Assembly (NCBI GenBank): GCA_902784585.1 | Contig: CACZVM010000011.1 | Span: forward strand, 5,824 to 69,823 | Reading direction: 5' to 3' | From: an uncultured Bacteroidales bacterium | GTDB taxonomy: Bacteria; Bacteroidota; Bacteroidia; Bacteroidales; Paludibacteraceae | Length of the DNA: 64,000 nucleotides | Shown here: positions 60,645-64,000 of the stretch, piece after piece | How positions within the stretch are numbered: position 1 is the first letter of the stretch | How the letters are laid out: every line of letters starts with the position of its first letter | Made by a program: the position numbers and the translations under genes | The notes under the pieces: model-generated | What the model saw: only the letters and a program-made list of their open reading frames with translations | The model's database searches: none | What the model was told of the DNA's origin: nothing

Positions 60645-60682
60645 TCGATTTGTGATTTTTGATTTATGATTTATGATTTCGT
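60645..60682. repeat. AAATCA-family heptad array between the two dNK genes
   Basis: The minus strand reads CGAAATC ATAAATC ATAAATC AAAAATC ACAAATC GA. It supplies the last codons and the stop of paralog 2. Confidence 0.7.
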
Positions 60683-61309
60683 CCAGTTCTGTTCGCTGAA
60701 TAGTCCGAAGAGTTCGGCATCCACCTTGTTGATCACACGACGGAAGTCCTCGGGGTTGTTCTCAAAGTCCATGCCGTCTGATTCGATGACGAGCACTCGT
60801 CCCTCGTAGCGATGGAAGATGAAGTCCTCGTATTTCTCGTTCAGGTCTTTGAGATAGTCGATCTGCATGGTCTGTTCGTAGTCGCGTCCGCGTTTCTGAA
60901 TCTGTGCGATCAGTGCGGGAACGGACTTACGCAGATAGATCATCATGTCGGGCATCTTCATCTGCGCCTTCATCAGTTCAAACAGTTCCATGAAGGTGGT
61001 GAAGTCGCGTTCGCTCAGGTCGCCTCGTTCGTAGTTGTTGCGCACGAATACGTACACGCCTTCGAAGATCGATCGGTCCTGCACGATGGTATGCGACGAG
61101 CGCTGCACCGCGAGCATGTCCTTGAAGCGTTCCTTGAGGAAATAGGTCTCCAGGCAGAATGCCCAACGGTTGATATCGCCGTAGTAGTCCTCCAAGTACG
61201 GGTTGAAGCTCACGCTCTCGAAGCGTGGCTCCCACCCGTAGTACTTGGCGAGCATCTTGGTCAGTGTCGTCTTGCCGGCACCGATATTTCCAGCGATGGC
61301 GATATACAT
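60671..61309 (-). CDS. Deoxynucleoside kinase (paralog 2)
   Basis: It has the P-loop IAGNIGAGKTT. The N-terminal ~60 residues are clearly similar to paralog 1. Confidence 0.8.
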   Translation of the reverse strand: MYIAIAGNIGAGKTTLTKMLAKYYGWEPRFESVSFNPYLEDYYGDINRWAFCLETYFLKERFKDMLAVQRSSHTIVQDRSIFEGVYVFVRNNYERGDLSERDFTTFMELFELMKAQMKMPDMMIYLRKSVPALIAQIQKRGRDYEQTMQIDYLKDLNEKYEDFIFHRYEGRVLVIESDGMDFENNPEDFRRVINKVDAELFGLFSEQNWTKS

Positions 61310-61320
61310 TCGCGTTTGGT

Positions 61321-62094
61321 TTACTCTTCTTCGGTCTGCGAAGCGGCGTAAGCGGCCAGCAGCTTCTCCTGTACGTCAGCCGGAACGAGCTGATAACTGT
61401 TGAACTGCATGGTGAACGTTGCACGTCCGCCGGTGAGCGAACTGAGCGTCGTCGAGTAGCTCGACAGCTCCTTCAGAGGCACTTGGGCTTTCAGACGGGT
61501 GAAGCTCTTCTCGGTCTCCATACCCATCACCATACCACGACGGCCGTTGATATCGCTCATCACATCACCCATGATCTCCGACGGAACGAATACCTCCAGG
61601 TCATAGACGGGTTCGAGCACCTTCGGGTTAGCCTCCTTGAAGGCCTGAGCGAAGGCGTTACGTCCTGCCAGGCGGAACGAGATTTCGTTCGAATCAACCG
61701 GGTGCATCTTACCGTCGTAGATGATCACGCGCACGTCACGTGCATACGAACCGGTCAACGGGCCTTGCTCCATACGATCCATGATACCTTTGACGATAGC
61801 GGGGATGAAGCGTGCGTCGATAGCACCACCCACGATCGAGTTGATGATGATGAGCTTGCCGCCCCACTCCAGGTTGATCTCCTGTTGGTCTTTGACGGAG
61901 ATCTTATACTCCTGATTACCAAACTTATAGGTCTCCTTAACCGGTTGACCTTCCTCGTACGGTTCAACGATCAGGTGAACCTCACCGAACTGGCCGGCAC
62001 CACCCGACTGTTTCTTATGACGATAGTCGGCACGAGCAGCCTTGGTGATCGTCTCACGATACGGGATCTTCGGCTCGAGGAACTCGATCGGCAT
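61321..62094 (-). CDS. EF-G paralog, C-terminal fragment (end of domain III, domains IV-V)
   Basis: It starts MPIEFLEPKIPYRETITK, which is the conserved YRETI junction of EF-G. Its ATG lies 1 nt after the TAA of the upstream fragment. Confidence 0.6.
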   Translation of the reverse strand: MPIEFLEPKIPYRETITKAARADYRHKKQSGGAGQFGEVHLIVEPYEEGQPVKETYKFGNQEYKISVKDQQEINLEWGGKLIIINSIVGGAIDARFIPAIVKGIMDRMEQGPLTGSYARDVRVIIYDGKMHPVDSNEISFRLAGRNAFAQAFKEANPKVLEPVYDLEVFVPSEIMGDVMSDINGRRGMVMGMETEKSFTRLKAQVPLKELSSYSTTLSSLTGGRATFTMQFNSYQLVPADVQEKLLAAYAASQTEEE

Positions 62095-62095
62095 C

Positions 62096-63403
62096 TTATC
62101 GTTGTTCCTGCTCTACTATCCATGTGGGGTCTTCCTCGTGCATACGGGTGAGCAGTGCAGCGAGTTTCTCGGCGTCGCTCTCCGTCACGGGCTTGATAGC
62201 ACGACGGTAACGCGGCTGCGGATAGCTGATCGGGGCATACTGCAGGTCGCAGCCCTTGGTATTGAGGGTGTTACCCGTACGGGTATCTTTCATCTTCACG
62301 GTAGCACCGATGTCGCCGGCAGCGAGTTCATCCACCGGTACGCGGATCGAACCGGCCACCTGATAGAGCTGCGAGATGCGCTCCTTGGAGCCGCGCTCCA
62401 TGTTCTCCAGGTCGTCGCCGTTGTGCACGGTACCCTGCATTACGCGGAAGTAGTTGACCTCACCGATATGCGGCTCTACGCTGGTCTTGAACACGTACAG
62501 GCTGGTCGGAGCCTTCGGGTCGGGAGTGACGGTCTTGCCGTCCACGGTCGGATAGCTGAACTGTGCAGGCGAGGGAGCCATGCCGTTGAGGAAGTCCATC
62601 AGGCGGCGTACACCCATGTCTTTCGCACCCGAGCAGCAGAGCACCGGATACATCGAGCCGTCGGCATATACGCACTTCAGACCCTGCATGATCTCTTCGT
62701 CGCTCAGTCCTTCGCCCAGGAACTTATCGAGCAGCGTCTCATCTGCCTCGGCAGCTTCCTCTGCCAGTGCAGCACGCATCTCCTCTACCTTGTCGGCATA
62801 CTCAGCGGGGATGTCCTTCAGTTCGGGAGCACCGCCTTCGGCCTTCCAAACCAGCATCTTTCCCTTCAGCACGTCGATCACGGCGTTGAAGCCGGCACCG
62901 GCGTTCACGGGGAACTGGATGAGGGTACACTTATTGCCAAAGTTTTCCTTCAGTTGGTTGAACGTGCGCTCGAAGTCAGCGGCCTCGTGGTCGCACTTAT
63001 TGATGACGAATGCGAGCGGTTTCTTGGATTTCTCCACGAGGCGGAAGTTGTTCTGCGTACCTACCTCTACGCCACCGTTGGCGCTCAGCACGATGAGTGC
63101 CGAACCGCACATCTGCAGGGCGGCTACCGTACCGCCGCAGAAGTCATCACTACCTGCGCAGTCAATGATGTTGAGTTTCTTGTTCTCAAACTCAAGGTTG
63201 CACACCGTCGAGAAGACGGAATAGCCATACTCTTTTTCTACCGGGAAATAGTCGCACACGGTGGATTGTGCTTCAATCGAACCGCGGCGCTTGATCACCC
63301 CGCACTCGAACAACATCGACTCCATCAAAGTCGTCTTACCGGATCCCGAACCGCCCAACATAGCGACGTTCTTGATCTCATTTGCTTGATAAACTTTAGC
63401 CAT
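62096..63403 (-). CDS. EF-G paralog, N-terminal fragment (G domain, domain II, start of domain III)
   Basis: The G1 motif is GGSGSGKTT. The pattern CDYFPVEKEYGYS / IIDCAGSDDF is typical of the Bacteroidota EF-G-like GTPase. It ends ...MHEEDPTWIVEQEQR followed by a stop. Confidence 0.65.
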   Translation of the reverse strand: MAKVYQANEIKNVAMLGGSGSGKTTLMESMLFECGVIKRRGSIEAQSTVCDYFPVEKEYGYSVFSTVCNLEFENKKLNIIDCAGSDDFCGGTVAALQMCGSALIVLSANGGVEVGTQNNFRLVEKSKKPLAFVINKCDHEAADFERTFNQLKENFGNKCTLIQFPVNAGAGFNAVIDVLKGKMLVWKAEGGAPELKDIPAEYADKVEEMRAALAEEAAEADETLLDKFLGEGLSDEEIMQGLKCVYADGSMYPVLCCSGAKDMGVRRLMDFLNGMAPSPAQFSYPTVDGKTVTPDPKAPTSLYVFKTSVEPHIGEVNYFRVMQGTVHNGDDLENMERGSKERISQLYQVAGSIRVPVDELAAGDIGATVKMKDTRTGNTLNTKGCDLQYAPISYPQPRYRRAIKPVTESDAEKLAALLTRMHEEDPTWIVEQEQR

Positions 63404-63464
63404 AATTGTGTTATTTTTTGGTATTTATAGTGCTTTTGTAAAGTCAAGTTGACAAAAACCGCTG

Positions 63465-63495
63465 CAAATTTACAACAAATATTTGGAATACACAA
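63465..63495 (-). promoter_or_regulatory. Promoter for the EF-G paralog / dNK operon
   Basis: On the minus strand TTG is at 63493-63495 and TAAATTTG at 63465-63472. Confidence 0.5.
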
Positions 63496-63617
63496 GGATT
63501 TAGGCAAAAAAAATAAATATATTTGCGTATGTCAAATTTTTTGTATAATTTTACCGTACATATATATTAATATAGCATAGACGACAAAACATCACTAACT
63601 TCAAATTTATAGTAAGT

Positions 63618-63860
63618 ATGCGAAAAATCTCCCTCTTTTTGTGCACGGTGCTGATGGCGCTTGTGCCGTAAATGGTATTGGCTCAGCAGAGCGCAATCAC
63701 CTTGTCTTTTATCGGTGCCGACGGTAGTACGGTTCGCCAGATGACAGCTACACTGGGCGAAGATTTCATCGAGCCTAGGCTGACGGCTTCCGATCCGGTG
63801 GCGCTGCGTAGCGTGACGTATTCTTCGATCAACCCGACGGTGACGTGGTCATCTATATAG
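63618..63860 (+). pseudogene. Remnant of a secreted-protein gene with an in-frame TAA inside the signal peptide
   Basis: ATG 63618 encodes MRKISLFLCTVLMALVP and is followed by TAA (63669-63671). The same frame then continues MVLAQQSAITLSF..., and the ORF ends after only 62 further codons. Confidence 0.3.
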
Positions 63861-64000
63861 ACCCGAAAACGGTATATAATTACACAAAAAAGGGGGCTTA
63901 ATATAAAAAACCTATGAGCCAGAGAGGTAATTTGTTGCCAAATGGGTAATCCGTATCATCCGCAAGAATGAAAGAATTCGGGATGTCGGCTATCTGTTTG

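Noticed and set aside
2752-60682. Short tandem arrays as possible CRISPR arrays
   Set aside because: The units are only 7-11 nt, directly abutting, with no spacers and no cas genes.
61225-63430. Plus-strand ORFs 61225..62151 and 62042..63430 opposite the EF-G paralog
   Set aside because: They are shadow ORFs. The minus strand carries the GTPase G1-G4 motifs and the YRETI junction.

Overview
This is a gene-dense chromosomal segment of a Bacteroidota (Bacteroidales-like) genome, with about 68 CDS and 1 tRNA. I saw no rRNA, CRISPR array, transposase or prophage. The lineage call rests on 18 intergenic promoters of the form TTG-N20-TAnnTTTG (often extended to A-tract+GCAGTAnnTTTGC), a GldD lipoprotein, T9SS C-terminal sorting domains, a short 286-aa RpoD, and a GDE/GT4/GH57 glycogen locus.

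Most of the window is housekeeping:
- Envelope and sugar metabolism: gldD, a PcrB-TadA fusion, and manC plus the glycogen genes.
- Stress and expression: clpC-like, trxA, tRNA-Arg(TCT), rpoD, an RNase R-family gene, rplU-rpmA, serS.
- DNA and membrane functions: a Kv-type K+ channel, comEA-like/xseA/comEC, recF.
- Further downstream: pepP, pdxJ-exbB-exbD-tonB, rpe-queFCDE, rpmH-rbfA, a lolE-like gene, xerD, two deoxynucleoside kinases, and an EF-G paralog.

Four things are not explained by known biology:
1. A ten-gene operon with one promoter and one terminator (36.7-46.3 kb). It joins a zinc-ribbon membrane protein and a YdjI-like SPFH protein to three GYF_2-domain proteins, a 4-TM miniprotein and five exported envelope proteins, one of them an outer-membrane barrel. 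This is my best candidate for an undescribed system.
2. Two tandem structured RNA-like units (32.84-33.43 kb). They show a compensatory hairpin change and GNRA-capped terminators, and sit in an AT-richer islet that also carries a zeta-toxin TA pair.
3. A pervasive family of degenerate heptanucleotide micro-arrays, plus two 35-bp palindromic elements. These occur at gene junctions and in frame inside conserved genes (recF, queE, lolE-like, GHL10, DUF5686-like, the gldD signal peptide, and the sigma-54 regulator).
4. Unusual gene architectures: a PcrB-TadA fusion, a LolE-like permease fused to a lipoprotein, a split EF-G paralog, an HTH-less sigma-54 activator, and an N-terminally minimal RNase R.

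All calls come from reading the sequence and ORF translations. No database search was run.
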